A DNA stretch of 63,707 bases, filler included, from Octopus bimaculoides (GCF_001194135.2; 5 parts of 4 records of this genome joined end to end with filler, not necessarily neighbours in it), one strand, 5' to 3'. Counted from the first letter of the whole stretch, positions 38,601 through 50,843 are shown. Notes: generated from the letters alone by a model not told the origin. Numbers and translations are program-made.

Positions 38601-39844
38601 AGATAGATAGATAGATAGATAGATAGAAAACCCAAGGTAGGTTTGAACTCAGAGTATAAAGAAACATGACTAAACACCGTGAGTGATGAAAATTACGAAC
38701 ACAGATAATGGTTAAAGGGAGGCAACCCCATTTGACAGTCAATATCTATCATTTAAATATACTTGCTACGATAAAGTATTAAATACCCAACACAAACATA
38801 CACAATGTTTGTTTTGTACTTTGTTGGTGTTTTTTCGATCTATCTCGGCACTAATCGATCAGGCCTTCTTATTATTGATGCCTCAGCCGTCTTTTTGTCT
38901 GACGTAGTTTCTTATCCAAGATGTGATTGTTATTTTGTAAGACGGCAGAGTGCGGTTTCAGTGAAGTTTTTAGGTCCTTTTTCTAGCACTGTCAACTCTA
39001 ATCAAACATACCTATAACCAAACGCTCTCGAGTCGTTATTATACCGCCTATTTAAAATGTATCTCAAACGACATAAAACAATGTTTTCCAATCTTTTCAG
39101 TGTCAAGGAACATTAGCGTAGCTAACGGGCAGTCCACCCTGGGCAATGCTTTTATGGGGGGGGTGACACTTTTGGGTCTGCTGTGTAAGTTTATATAGGC
39201 TTAGGTGTGATGGGGACAGACTTAAGGGCTGCCCTGCACTCTTAAGGATTGTGCGGCACACATTCTAGCAAGAACGAAGGAGGTCTATTTAAATCAACTC
39301 CACCATAGTATCCTTATTCTTGAAAGGTCTGTTACTTCGAAAATTTTCTTCAAAGTTCACGGATATGCTGTACTTTCTTTCAGTCCTCCCTTACTTAAAT
39401 TTCGTAGTTTAATGTAGAGGGACCCTCGTTGGTTTGTGATAAAGAAATCATAAAATTGAATGAATGCGACAAAAACTGAAAATCATTTGATTAAATGTTT
39501 TGCAGCATTTATTGTTTTTAAACTCTACATAAGTTGAATTTACCTTTAATCCCACAACGGAGTTTATCAAGGAAATATATTTAAACCGGATCTTGTTTTA
39601 GCATGGACTAGCAGTGAGTACATGCTGCTTGTAATGACCAACGGTGCAGACATGCGCATCTAGCATTCCCATTGCTGCTGGGCGATTTTCGTCTGCTACT
39701 ATTATATTTATGTGTTTTTTAGTACATGTCCAGAAGACAACTACCTTCAGGCGAATACTGCAGTAAATTTACTTTTGTATTTACATCTGTACGATATACA
39801 GATGGACAATTTCATCTAATATTGCTTTTATTGCATATAACGGG

Positions 39845-39925
<81 letters not shown>

Positions 39926-40072
39926 CCGAGGTGGGTTTGAACTCAGAGTATAAAGAAACATTACTAAACACCGTGAGTGAGTGATGCAAATTACGAACAC
40001 AGATAATGTTCTCAAGCAGTTAATATTTCCACATTTAGTGGATTCCAAACACTCTCGTGATAATGTTATATT

Positions 40073-41295
40073 CGAGGGTGGACTGAAACGTTCATAGGTT
40101 AACTATAAAGGAGCAACGTTAGAGATGGGTAATCTTGCAAGCATCAATATGAACCCTTCTTATTAATAACTGGATTGTTTCTTTCCGGATTTCTCTGACC
40201 GTTCAGAGAAGACTTTAAAGATAACTAGTAGCAACATCTCTTGAAAATGGACGAAATTTGGCATCGTGGTGCTATTAAGCGTCAGCAGAAAATTGGTTTA
40301 GCCCCCAAGAATTTTCATGCTGACACGCTTGCTACATTAGGGGATGACGTTCCAGCTTTACCAAGAGAACAAAAGTGGACAGCAGAATTTTGGAGGGGGA
40401 CTAGGAGTTCTGGGCTCCCCGTAACTACCACCACCAAGGAAAACATTGATCGTGTTCACCGCATGGTGATGGATGACGAGCAAATGACTATAAATCAAGT
40501 AACTAATGCGATTAGTATATCCTGTGAGAGAGTTGAAAATATTCTGAACTATGAAGTTGGCATGAGGAAGGTTTCTGTTCGGTGGGTGCCTCGTCTTCTG
40601 ACACCTAATCAAACGCACACCATGCTGATCACATCACATAAAATTCTGACATTGTTTGAAACAGATCCAGTTGGTTTCCTTAAAAGTCTCCTGACTCAGG
40701 ATAAGTGTTAGGTTCATTCCTTTGAGCCAGAGACAAAGAGACGATCCATGCAGTGGAATCACCGTCCTCACCTGCTCCAAAGAAAGCCAAGGTCTTTTCA
40801 CTTGCAAAGGAGGAGATGGCCTCAGTTTTGAGGATGCAAAAGGTATTGTTTATTGATTATCTTCAAAATGGCTACACCATCAATGGAGAGTACTAAGACA
40901 ACTTGCTAAGGCATTTATGAAACGCTATCAAAACCAAATGCCCAGGAAAACAGACGAAATGCACCCAAACACAAGTCGTTGGTTTCAAAGGCCGCTGTGC
41001 GTGATTCTGGCTTTGAACTGATTGAGCTACCTCACTATTCTCCTGATTTGGCTCCATCTGACTATCGTTTGTTTCTCAACTCGAAAAAGTACTTGGCTGG
41101 GAACCAGTATCTGCTGTTGATGACTTTCTTGATCAACAAGAGGAAAGCTTCTTCATTAATGGTATACAAGCACTGCAACACAGGTGGAAGAACTGTGTGG
41201 GCCACAAAGAGGGACTATGTTGAAAAATAAGCCTCATTTGGTCACGTTCCATGAAAATATTTTGGTCAGCCTATGAACTTTTCAGCTAACCCTCG
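40073..41295 (+). mobile_element. Mariner (DD34D) DNA transposon, near full length, defective
   Basis: Imperfect TIRs CGAGGGTGGACTGAAACGTTCATAGG / CCTATGAACTTTTCAGCTAACCCTCG, TA on the right; transposase remnants WVPRLL and YSPDLAPSDY (40241-41230), broken by stops, frameshifts and deletions. Confidence 0.92.
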
Positions 41296-41305
41296 TACCG
41301 TGCTT

Positions 41306-42030
41306 AATATTGGTTTCAAACTTTGGCACAAGGCCAACAAGTTCGTGAGAGGGGTTAAATCGATTGCATCGACCCCAGTGTTCAACTAGTATAATAATAT
41401 AGCACTTTACGAGGACCCGTTTTAAGAGACCCCAGGTTTACGAGTTTTACTTTTCAAGCACAAGATTCAAATTTTGAACGAAGTGCAAGTTTCTACTACC
41501 ATAACAAATGCTTCTGCGTGTAACTGAGAAATTTATAGAGAGCGAAAAGAAGCCTCTCCTAAGCAAACAATTCTAGATTTGTTTTTTAAAAAGAAATCTA
41601 CAACTCCGTCTACGAGTGCTCGCGAATCGCGTCAACAAGTGATGGTGTGCGCGAGTTTAGTGCGAATGAAAGTGATTCAGAAAACGATTATATTTTTTTT
41701 TATAAATTATCTTGACATTCTCTTTACTTTACATAAAATATTCTTTACATTCTATTGTTGTTTTATTGCCATTTATTTACGAGGATTATAAATTTCACAG
41801 GTAAAATATTTTTCTGGGAACGAATTACGATTTATAACATTGGAAAAGTATGGAAAAGCATTGCTCTGTTTTACGAATTTTTGCTTTACGAACGATCTCC
41901 GGGTACAAATTAACTCGTATATCGACTCCGAAAGGATGAAAGGCAAAATCCACCTCGGTGACATTCGAACTCAATGTAAAGACGGAAGAAATGCCGCTAT
42001 GCATTTTTCCCGGTGTGCTAGTTCTGTGCC
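41306..42030 (-). mobile_element. SINE family B split by a DNA-transposon relic
   Basis: 3' half at 41306-41392, 5' half at about 41920-42030. Confidence 0.7.
41395..41925 (+). mobile_element. Tigger/pogo-like DNA transposon relic (3' end)
   Basis: KQTILDLFFKK resembles Tigger transposase C-termini (KQTxLDxFF); GGAACGAATTA and AACTCGTAT resemble Tigger subterminal/TIR sequence. Confidence 0.55.
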
Positions 42031-42039
42031 AAATAACCA

Positions 42040-42200
42040 GTTTTTCATCCGTCTTAACGTTCTGAGTTGAAATTCCGCTGGGGTCGTCTTTACCTTTCAT
42101 CCTTCAAAGAAATANNNNNNNNNNNNNNNNNNNNNNNNNNNNNNNNNNNNNNNNNNGAAATTGTTGGCCTTACGCCAAAATTTGAAACCAATATTATTTG
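42040..42200 (+). mobile_element. SINE family B with internal gap
   Basis: AACGTTCTGAGTTGAAATTCCGC..CTTTCATCCTTC[N]..GCCAAAATTTGAAACCAATATT. Confidence 0.75.
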
Positions 42201-42726
42201 CCGGTTTCTGTTATTTAAAACGGTCCATAATAAGTGGCTTGCACAGAGCATTAAAAATAAAATGAATATTTATTTACACATTTCCCCAGTATAACTCAGC
42301 ACTTTTATTTTATCCAGAAGCTTTACTAAATAAAATATGATCAAAAACTATGATCAAAAACACTCCAGCCGAGCCCATCCGTGTTTATTATTATTTTTTT
42401 TTTCTTCTGACAGAGTTTACATTACCTTCAGTATCATTCCTTTCGCCCCTTATTAAAGACAAGCCTTTATGCGTGATTTGAGGAAAACTTGACTGCTATT
42501 ACAAATAAATCTAGTTAGAAATTACATCAAAATAGGTTCTAATCGAGCAAACCCACGATCAAGAGTAATCCAGCCTTGAGCATAATTCATAATTCATTTC
42601 GGACAACACTATTCAATGAGTCCTTTAAGAGGGAAAACACGGTAGGATGTAAACTGAGGGGCGTTGGCTACTATTTCTAGCATTGTGAGCGACCACTACC
42701 TAGAGATTCTCGTTGTTGTTTACATG

Positions 42727-42922
42727 TGACGTCTGTTTATAACGGTAGCTTTGACATGACTCAAGATTGTATAAAAGCGTCAATGAGACATGCTACCTTC
42801 TGTCTAAAGTCAACACTGCGCATGTCCGTGGGAAATTCAAATCTGAGGATGAAATTCAAATTTTAGTCTAGTTGTAAACGAATCTGTTTTCAGTTGACGT
42901 TTGTTTTGATCCTATTTAATTG
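42727..42922 (+). promoter_or_regulatory. Candidate promoter and non-coding first exon of the 49-kb gene
   Basis: TGACGTC (42727), TGACTCA, TATAAAA (42770-42776), NRF1-like ACTGCGCATGTC (42815-42826), GAAATTCAAAT twice (CHR TTTGAA on - strand), donor TG|GTAAGA after 42922. Motif-based only. Confidence 0.45.
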
Positions 42923-43872
42923 GTAAGATCTTATTTTTAAAAATAACTTCTGTGATTTTTTTTCCTATTTGCTTGTTTTCTCATTAATGTTTAATTTTTG
43001 CAAAAGAATTGTTTTATTTAAATAGCTTGTTTTAAGACTTAAACGCATTACACTTTTATACATCTTTCGAATTATAAAAAAAATATTTGTTTTTCTGTTG
43101 ATGTTCACCGTTGTTTTACTTTAGAACTGTTTTATTTTTACTATTATGAAAATTTCTCTCGATATATATAATTAAAATAATGGTATGACGATAATTTGGC
43201 AAATTTAAATCTTGTTGATTCAATGACTAGATTGAAAGCGTATATTTGATTAATATTTAGGTTTGGTAAAAAAGAAAAGCAGATTAGAAGCATTTTCTTT
43301 AAGCTTTCAGTATGTATAATTGTGGAAGAATTAGAAATTTAGAATAAAAGCAAGTCCGTTGCTGCAATACAACTCGAATTTGTAGCTAAACTGACCACCA
43401 TGTTCGTGTTTTCACCCCCAAATCCAACTTGTATATCCTAGATATTTGGGAAAATAAAGTGTATTCATGTATGAAATATGTTATTGGCTAAACTGGCAAT
43501 ATGACCATTCCCAAATACAACAAAATATATTATTACTATTGGCATAATTACAGGTGTATACCCCCTCCCGACTTTGTTGCCTCATAACTTCCAGAAAAAT
43601 TAATAATTTTCAACGAAACTTTCCACATAGCTACTTCGTCAATGAGAAAGTCGTTTAATCATATAAAATATACGCCAAATGGCAGAGGTCTGGAATAGGT
43701 CGACTATTTTTTAAAGAGATATAAATTGTCTTCCGTTGTCATTAACCGGAGCAGCATTGGATTCAAATTTAATTTGCTCATGTCAGTAACTGAGGATAAA
43801 AAAACAATGCTTTCATGTTTAGAAATGTTGAAAAACTGTTCCTACACCTCCCAATAGAATTCAAAATTGTTT

Positions 43873-44168
43873 TTGTGGCTGTGTGGTAGCAAGTTTGCTT
43901 CTCAACCACATGATTTGGGATTCAGTCCCACTGTGTGGCACCTTGGGCAAGTGTCTTGTGGATTTAGACAGAAACTGGTAGAAGCCTCTTTGTGTCTGTC
44001 TCCTACCATCGCTTGGCAACAGGTGTTGGTGTGTTTGCGTCCCCGTAATTTAGCAGTTATGCAACAGAAAACGATAGAATAAGTACCAGGCATTAAAAAA
44101 AGTGCTCGACTAAATATTCTTTAAGGCAATGCCCCAGCGCGGCTGCAGTCTAATGACAAGTAAAAGAT
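43873..44168 (+). mobile_element. SINE family A lacking the internal microsatellite
   Basis: Head and 3' half joined without a TA/TG tract. Confidence 0.85.
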
Positions 44169-44744
44169 TTTTAATTATATTTATATGAGTGTTCAAGATC
44201 AAAAGAACTACATGTTTATTGGAGAAATGAGAAACTGAATATTCTCTAACAGTCTCCATTCTCACCACATCCAGCCAACTAACAGGAATTTCCCTCATCA
44301 TGAATGTAGCACAATTATTTTCCAGTTGTGATGGGTCAGCCACAGATTACTGTATTAACAACCTTGTCATAAACTCCAAGCAGTATGTCTCTCTCTCTCA
44401 GTTTGTAATTATTGTGGTTATCATTTGTAAAAGACCAACAGTCAAAACTGTGCAGTAATTTGTGTTGGTTGTCAGTTATTTCTTGATGCAGTCCAATAAA
44501 TAGATTAACCAGTCATCACTTCAGACCAGCTAACAACAAACCAGACCAACACAACTCATGACACTTCTAATACATGACAAATGGTGTGAAGTAACATGTT
44601 TCGTTACTGTCTTGTACAAAAGTGACCATACTTTTACTAGTTTCAGCTTAGAGACTGTAGACCTGCTGGGGCACCTCTTTTAGCATTAATGCTTGTTTAT
44701 TTTAGACTTATTTCTTGGCCCTGTCTCTGGAATTGATCTTGCTG

Positions 44745-45711
44745 AAGTAGGCATCATGCTATTATCAAATACCTGCAGAAAAATGGTTTAGCCCTGAAGG
44801 ACATTCATACTGACTTGATTGTTAAATTAGGGGATGATGTTCCAGCTTTATCAACAGTGCAAAAGTAGGCAACTGAGTTTAGGAGGGGAATGAAGAGGCT
44901 TGAAGATAACCTAATGTCTGGACGTCTTGGAACTGCCTCCACCAAGGAAAACCTTGATCATGTCCACTACATGGTGATGGATGATAGGCAATTGACTATA
45001 AGTGCAATATTTAATGCCATTAGCACCCTTGAGAGATTTGATAATATTCTACACAGTGAACTTGACATAATGGTTCCTGCTCAGTCAGTGACACATCTTC
45101 TGACACTTGGTCAAAAGTGCACCAGGCTGATCACATCCCAGGAAAATCTGATGATGTTTGAGGCAAATCCAGCTGGTTTCTTTGAATGTTTCCTAAGCTA
45201 AAGAAACTGTCCATGTAGAGGAAATACCCTTCCTCATCTGCACCAAAGAAGAGCCACACCATCAATGAAGAGTACTATACCAACTTGTTGAGACAGTTAT
45301 GAAAGGATATTAAGACCAAATGTCCATGGAAACTGACAAACAAAAAGGTCTTGTTTCGTCGGGACTGTGCTCCAGTACACAAGTCGTTGGTTTCAAAGGC
45401 TGCTGTGCATGACCATAGCTTTGAACTGGTTGATCATACTACCTATTTTCCTGATTTTCCCCCATCTGATTATCATGTTTTCCAACATGAAAAACACTTG
45501 ACTGGGGACCAATATTGCAATGATGAGGTCATCTGCTGTTGATGACCTTTTTGATTAACAGAATGAAAGCTTCTTCATGAATGGGATCGAAGTACTGCAA
45601 CACTGATGGATGACGTGTGAACCACAAGGTGGAGTTTATTGAAAAATAAACATTTGTGCACATTCCATGAGGGTATCTTGGTCAAACTTTTAACTTTTCA
45701 GCCAACTCTCA
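44745..45711 (+). mobile_element. Second mariner copy of the same family, 5'-truncated with internal deletion
   Basis: Collinear with 40250-41295; right TIR AACTTTTCAGCCAACTCTCA-TA; YFPDFPPSDY motif. Confidence 0.88.
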
Positions 45712-46483
45712 TAAATGTTCTTTGAGCACATTCACATCTACTCCTCATAGATCTGTGAGACCTTTTGGCAAGGTATTAAAAAGTTGTGGGACTTTGAGCC
45801 CTAAGCTGTTACAATATTGGGCCTTTACTCGGCACAAATAGGGCAGGGCTTTGGTACTATACAATGATGTCCCGTCTGTTGGTTGATGTGACTTTCAATT
45901 GCAAACTTGGGTGCTAGTCCTTCCAAGATCTTAAACGTGTGTAACTTTCATGTCTTCTCTCCAGGAATAGAACTCGCTCTATTAGCCTTTCACAGTAGCT
46001 CTTCTATTGCACCAAGGCAATCTATGTAGAAACATATTTACACTTAGAATAACATTTATACAGTTTCATTTGAATGTGCACATCTAGGAAAGAAAATGTG
46101 TTGCCCCTTCTTTTTACTATTGGTTTTATCATTATCCAAAGAAAGAACATGCACTAGAAGCTACATACAACTGTATATGAGAAAATATTGGTTCATTCCT
46201 CTTTGCCTTTCCATTGTGACTCATTAAAATTATTGTAAGAACAATGCAACAAATACCTAAAAAAAAAGGTGTTAACTATAGAACAAAATTGAAAATCGTC
46301 TATATTTTTGCGACTTCAATGCAATGCTTTAACAATCGATATGCTATAACTACATCATTTTTGCATCACAGATAAGTGCATGTCTAGACTTTAACCTAGA
46401 GCCCCTGTGCGTTTATATATATATATATAATCACATTTAATTTGGAATATTTCTTACCCATTCAATTGTTTTGAGAATACTAT

Positions 46484-46870
46484 CATCATTTGACGTCCGT
46501 TGTCCATAGGTTGGATTGTTTGACCAGGGTTTGGCAAGCTGGGAGGTTGCACCATACTCCAGTCTGATTTGGCATGGTTTCTACGGCTGAATGCCCTTCC
46601 TAACGCCAACCACTCTGAGAGTGTAATGAGTGCTTTTACGTGCCACGACTGCAATTTTACTTGGTTTGGTGGGTCTTCTTCTCAAGCACAGCATAATGCC
46701 AAAAGTCTCGGTCATTCATCATTACCTCCGTGAGGCCCAGCGCTCAAAAGGTGCTTTTAATGCGCCACCGGCACAAGTGCCAGCTACGTGACACCAGCAT
46801 CGGCCACAACATTTGGCTTCATGGGCCTTCAAAGGTCTCGGTCACTAGTCATTGCCTCTGTGAGGCCCGT
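46484..46870 (-). mobile_element. RTE-tail-type non-autonomous element with internal tandem units
   Basis: GGTTTCTACGGCTGAATGCCCTTCCTAACGCCAAC; duplicated GTCTCGGTCA..CATT.CCTC.GTGAGGCCC at about 46703 and 46834. Confidence 0.6.
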
Positions 46871-46879
46871 CTTCAGTTT

Positions 46880-47260
46880 TCTTGGCTATTGCATGCGTAG
46901 ACCATAACAGAATATGAGTGCGGACTAACATTACTGAATCTGATAAATCCCAATTTATCATTGAAATTATAACCGTAATAATGATATAAACGTTGGCAAT
47001 CAGTTTAGAAAGACAAGGGAGATAACTCTCATATTTGAATGACTGAGGCGGGAGTGATTTTGTTGACATTTTCTGGCGTGTTTTGATTTTATCACACCTG
47101 TAGGGATGAGATGAACCAGAAGGAAAGGGCTGTGACGTCAACGGCCGAGGTTCCCTACCGGAGCAGGAAGAGGAAATGAGGGAAATTTCGTCCTCTTTTG
47201 GCCTGGAGCAGTGGTGATGAACACACCTCTTTACCAAGTATGACAACTGAAGACTAGCAA
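46880..47260 (+). mobile_element. Decayed RTE-clade LINE APE endonuclease fragment
   Basis: DIFWRVL, GCDVNGR (cf. GADFNGHVG), GAGRGNEG..AVVMNT (cf. GxGERNEEG..AVVNT). Confidence 0.5.
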
Positions 47261-47897
47261 TTTTGATTTAGTTGGGTCACCATTAATTTTGATGCAGTCA
47301 GAACCACACATTCTCTCTTTCTCAGACTGTTTTATTCAGAAATTACCTGTTGGTTTTAGGTGATGCAAATAAAAACAGGCGGAAGTAAAGATCATGGAAA
47401 AATGATGTAGAAAAATACAGATTATGATTCTGAAAACAAATTTTGTAAAATTTCAATTTTTCAAAAAAAAAAAAAAAGGAAAAGAAAATTAACACCCCTC
47501 CCCANNNNNNNNNNNNNNNNNNNNNNNNNNNNNNNNNNNNNNNNNNNNNNNNNNNNNNNNNNNNNNNNNNNNNNNNNNNNNNNNNNNNNNNNNNNNNNNN
47601 NNNNNNNNNNNNNNNNNNNNNNNNNNNNNNNNNNNNNNNNNNNNNNNNNNNNNNNNNNNNNNNNNNNNNNNNNNNNNNNNNNNNNNNNNNNNNNNNNNNN
47701 NNNNNNNNNNNNNNNNNNNNNNNNNNNNNNNNNNNNNNNNNNNNNNNNNNNNNNNNNNNNNNNNNNNNNNNNNNNNNNNNNNNNNNNNNNNNNNNNNNNN
47801 NNNNNNNNNNNNNNNNNNNNNNNNNNNNNNNNNNNNNNNNNNNNNNNNNNNNNNNNNNNNNNNNNNNNNNNNNNNNNNNNNNNNNNNNNNNNNNNNN

Positions 47898-48319
47898 CAC
47901 AAGGGTAATTTAATTGTCCCTTATACTAGCCAAAATGAAATAAATTCAGTATTATAGTTGCCTAATTTACTCCACCAGAAGATATATTGTTTATATCAAG
48001 TGATATATTAAACATGCTATTCTTTAAGAAATTGTGGGGTGAGGCAGGGGGTTGGGGATTTAAATTTTGAAATGGCAGATTTTTTTGCAGATTCGGAATC
48101 TCCACCCTCGATATAGTGTGTTCCTGTAAAAAAAACAAAAAAAGGGGGTGTGGTCCATGATCTTTACCTCCGCCTAAAAACACAAGGGTAATTTAATTGT
48201 CCCTTATACTAGCCAAAATGAAATAAATTCAGTATTATAGTTGCCTAATTTACTCCACCAGAAGATATATTGTTTATATCAAGTGATATATTAAACATGC
48301 TATTCTTTAAGAAATTGTG
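47898..48319 (+). repeat. Identical 139-bp direct repeat (47898-48036, 48181-48319)
   Basis: Read directly; the first copy starts exactly at a gap edge. Confidence 0.92.
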
Positions 48320-48569
48320 ATGAAACTGGTAAGGACAAAATAGCTAAAGCGAGTATTTGCTTCTCATCACAGCATATCATTTTATTTTATGAGTGATGCA
48401 AACTGGTTCAGAGGAAGAATGCATCAGATTATGTAATTTTGGGTTTTCCTTTAAAACAAAAAAGTGTAGCTCCTCTACAGCAAGAAACTTCTGTTCTGGC
48501 CTCTTGTTTCATACTTCAACCTTTCATCTATCATAAAGTCATCTTTCTTATTGTAGCTGCATTCAATCT

Positions 48570-48720
48570 AAGGGGATCTTAGTCTTGCAAACTGCATGGC
48601 AACTTCAATTGTCCTGGTACCAAAGAAAGGCACCCAATACACTCTGTAATGTCGTTGGCATAAGGATGAGCATTCAACCATAGAAACCATGCCACTGAAG
48701 ACGGACATGATGATAATGGC
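48570..48720 (+). mobile_element. RTE-tail element fragment
   Basis: GCACCCAATACACTCTG..GTTGGCATAAGGATGAGCATTCAACCATAGAAACCATGCC is the reverse complement of 46580-46640. Confidence 0.6.
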
Positions 48721-48983
48721 TAGAATGTCTTCAGTCATAGATCTACCTAATCAGGATTGAACTTGGGCAAAACAACTGGTTGGAAGAGTCTGCATTGTTC
48801 CAACTGCACATTTAGAATTCTTGTTTAGTCCTTTAGGTACCTGTAGTTGTGTGTGTGTGTGTGTGTGTTTAATCACAAATTCATATGATCATGCAGAAAA
48901 TAAAATTGCTAATTACATCTCTTAAATTTCCAAATTTTTTTATTTTATCTGTCTTAATATAGGAACAGTGCAAAATTTCCATT

Positions 48984-49036
48984 ATGAGTGACATACCTAC
49001 CAATAAGCCATTGGGTATCTTGAAGACTTCAAACAG
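48984..49036 (+). CDS. Coding exon (exon 48963-49036): MSDIPTNKPLGILKTSN
   Basis: Pyrimidine-rich acceptor ending AG at 48961-48962, ATG at 48984, donor AG|GTAAGT; phase 2 joins in frame to the next exon. The 21 nt before the ATG are also open, so an upstream start cannot be excluded. Confidence 0.75.
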
Positions 49037-49499
49037 GTAAGTGTAATTGATTAGCAATTAAATTCTTCAAATTTAAACTGCATTTGCCATAGTGGTAATG
49101 TCATTTTAATAAGTCATTGTTTTAATTAGTCAAAGGACTTGAGCCCAATGTAATGCTGGTACTTACAATTTCTGGAGATTGAAAGAAAACTGATTTGGCT
49201 GGTGTTTGAAACTATCTTTTTGAAAAAAAAGCATTTCTTTAATTGTACATTTGTACTGATCCAATGGTATTCTAATAAGCACAGATTTGGGAAGCTAGAT
49301 TTGTAGTTTGTGATTCTTTTTTTGTTTTACCATTCATCCTGGCTCATCTTCAAACAAAACTTTGCCTTCCAAAGCAGTACATTTTCTTGGAATGGTCAGA
49401 ACTGTACTGTAGACTAATTTTATATTGCACTTTTTTTTTCAATCTTTCCTTATACATGCTTTCTTTTCATTTATTAAACTGATTATCATTTATTTTCAG

Positions 49500-50743
49500 G
49501 AATGACAACTTTAAAATCCCATCCGTTGGTGTATCTAAGCCAGAAAAAGAACAAAATGAAAGTCGGCACTCTAACACTACACCACATCCGAAAACTCCAC
49601 GGCCTACAAAAGCTGTTAATGATGAAAATATAAACCCTAATAGGCACTTTCCTGAAAGCACTAAAGAAATGTCAAATATAATTAAAGAAACACCAGGGAA
49701 GACTATTTTTGATCTCTGCAAGCAGATGTCTGCATTAGCACTGCTCACACCTGATGGAATGCAGCAAAGTATTAGGGATACCCAAGCACAGCCTAAAAAA
49801 GTAAAACTTCCTTTCTCTGAACCTTTTGCTGGTGTGGATAAACTCACTGAAAAAAATTACCTGAGCGACACTGAAGAAATTGAACTTGACAATGTACCCC
49901 GCAAGACATTGGTCATTACAGATGATGATGAATTTTTCACTGATGCTGCAGAGTATTTCAAAAATGAAAATCTAAACATTGATAATACAAGTGATAATGA
50001 TGCTTTTAAATCTCTAGAGTCATCGCCAAGAACTTCACTGAATGTTACTGAAACTCTTATGAAGAACAATAGCTCTGGTGAAAGAGATTCAGAAAGTGCT
50101 ATTATTGGGACAGATAAGACACAGGAAACATCTTTACAAGATAAGATTTCCGATAAAAATATCCACGAGAGATTGGAGTATATAGAACCTGAAATTAATT
50201 CTGATTTATTCAACAAGGCAATCCATAATCAAAATATTGGCAATCTTTCAGAATCTCATGAAAATAAAAATCCATCTTCTCAAGTCGTTTGTATAGAATC
50301 AGAAACAGTGGCTGAACTTCATGCTGAAGATTTCACTAACTTACCTAAAGATGCAGAGCTAACTAATTCCACTGATGTTGAAAATGGGGATTGCTTGAAG
50401 ATTAAAGATGAAAATTCTGACAGCATACCAGTTGATGAGAAACCAGTTCTACATTCATCAGTTAATGTCATCCAGTCTGTGGAAACGCCAAACGATAGTT
50501 CTGATTCTTTGACCATGGAAAGTTATAATCTTCAACCTCCAGTTAATGAAAAACAAAACATTAGTATTTTGGATGTTTGCAAAGTTGAAGAAAAGATTGC
50601 TGAAATTTCAATTCCAGAGAAATTTGATAATTTTAATGATCAAGACAAATCAAAAGATAGAACCCCTGATTCTGGTTCTGTTGATCCTTCTGAAATTAGC
50701 AATCAGGTAAATGAGTCTGTTGCTACTGAATCAGCAAAGACTG
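49500..50743 (+). CDS. Large coding exon of an acidic, disordered protein of unknown family; 3' end lost at spacer
   Basis: Acceptor TTATTTTCAG|G; stop-free frame of about 414 codons continuous with track ORF 49669; non-repetitive E/D/N/S/K-rich composition. Confidence 0.88.
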
Positions 50744-50843
50744 NNNNNNNNNNNNNNNNNNNNNNNNNNNNNNNNNNNNNNNNNNNNTTAATTAATTAAN
50801 NNNNNNNNNNNNNNNNNNNNNNNNNNNNNNNNNNNNNNNNNNN
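50744..50843. other. Artificial scaffold spacer
   Basis: TTAATTAATTAA at 50788-50799 inside Ns. Confidence 0.95.

Noticed and set aside
48984-50743. Naming the host gene TACC
   Set aside because: Only compositional resemblance; the diagnostic coiled-coil would lie beyond the spacer, so no symbol is assigned.
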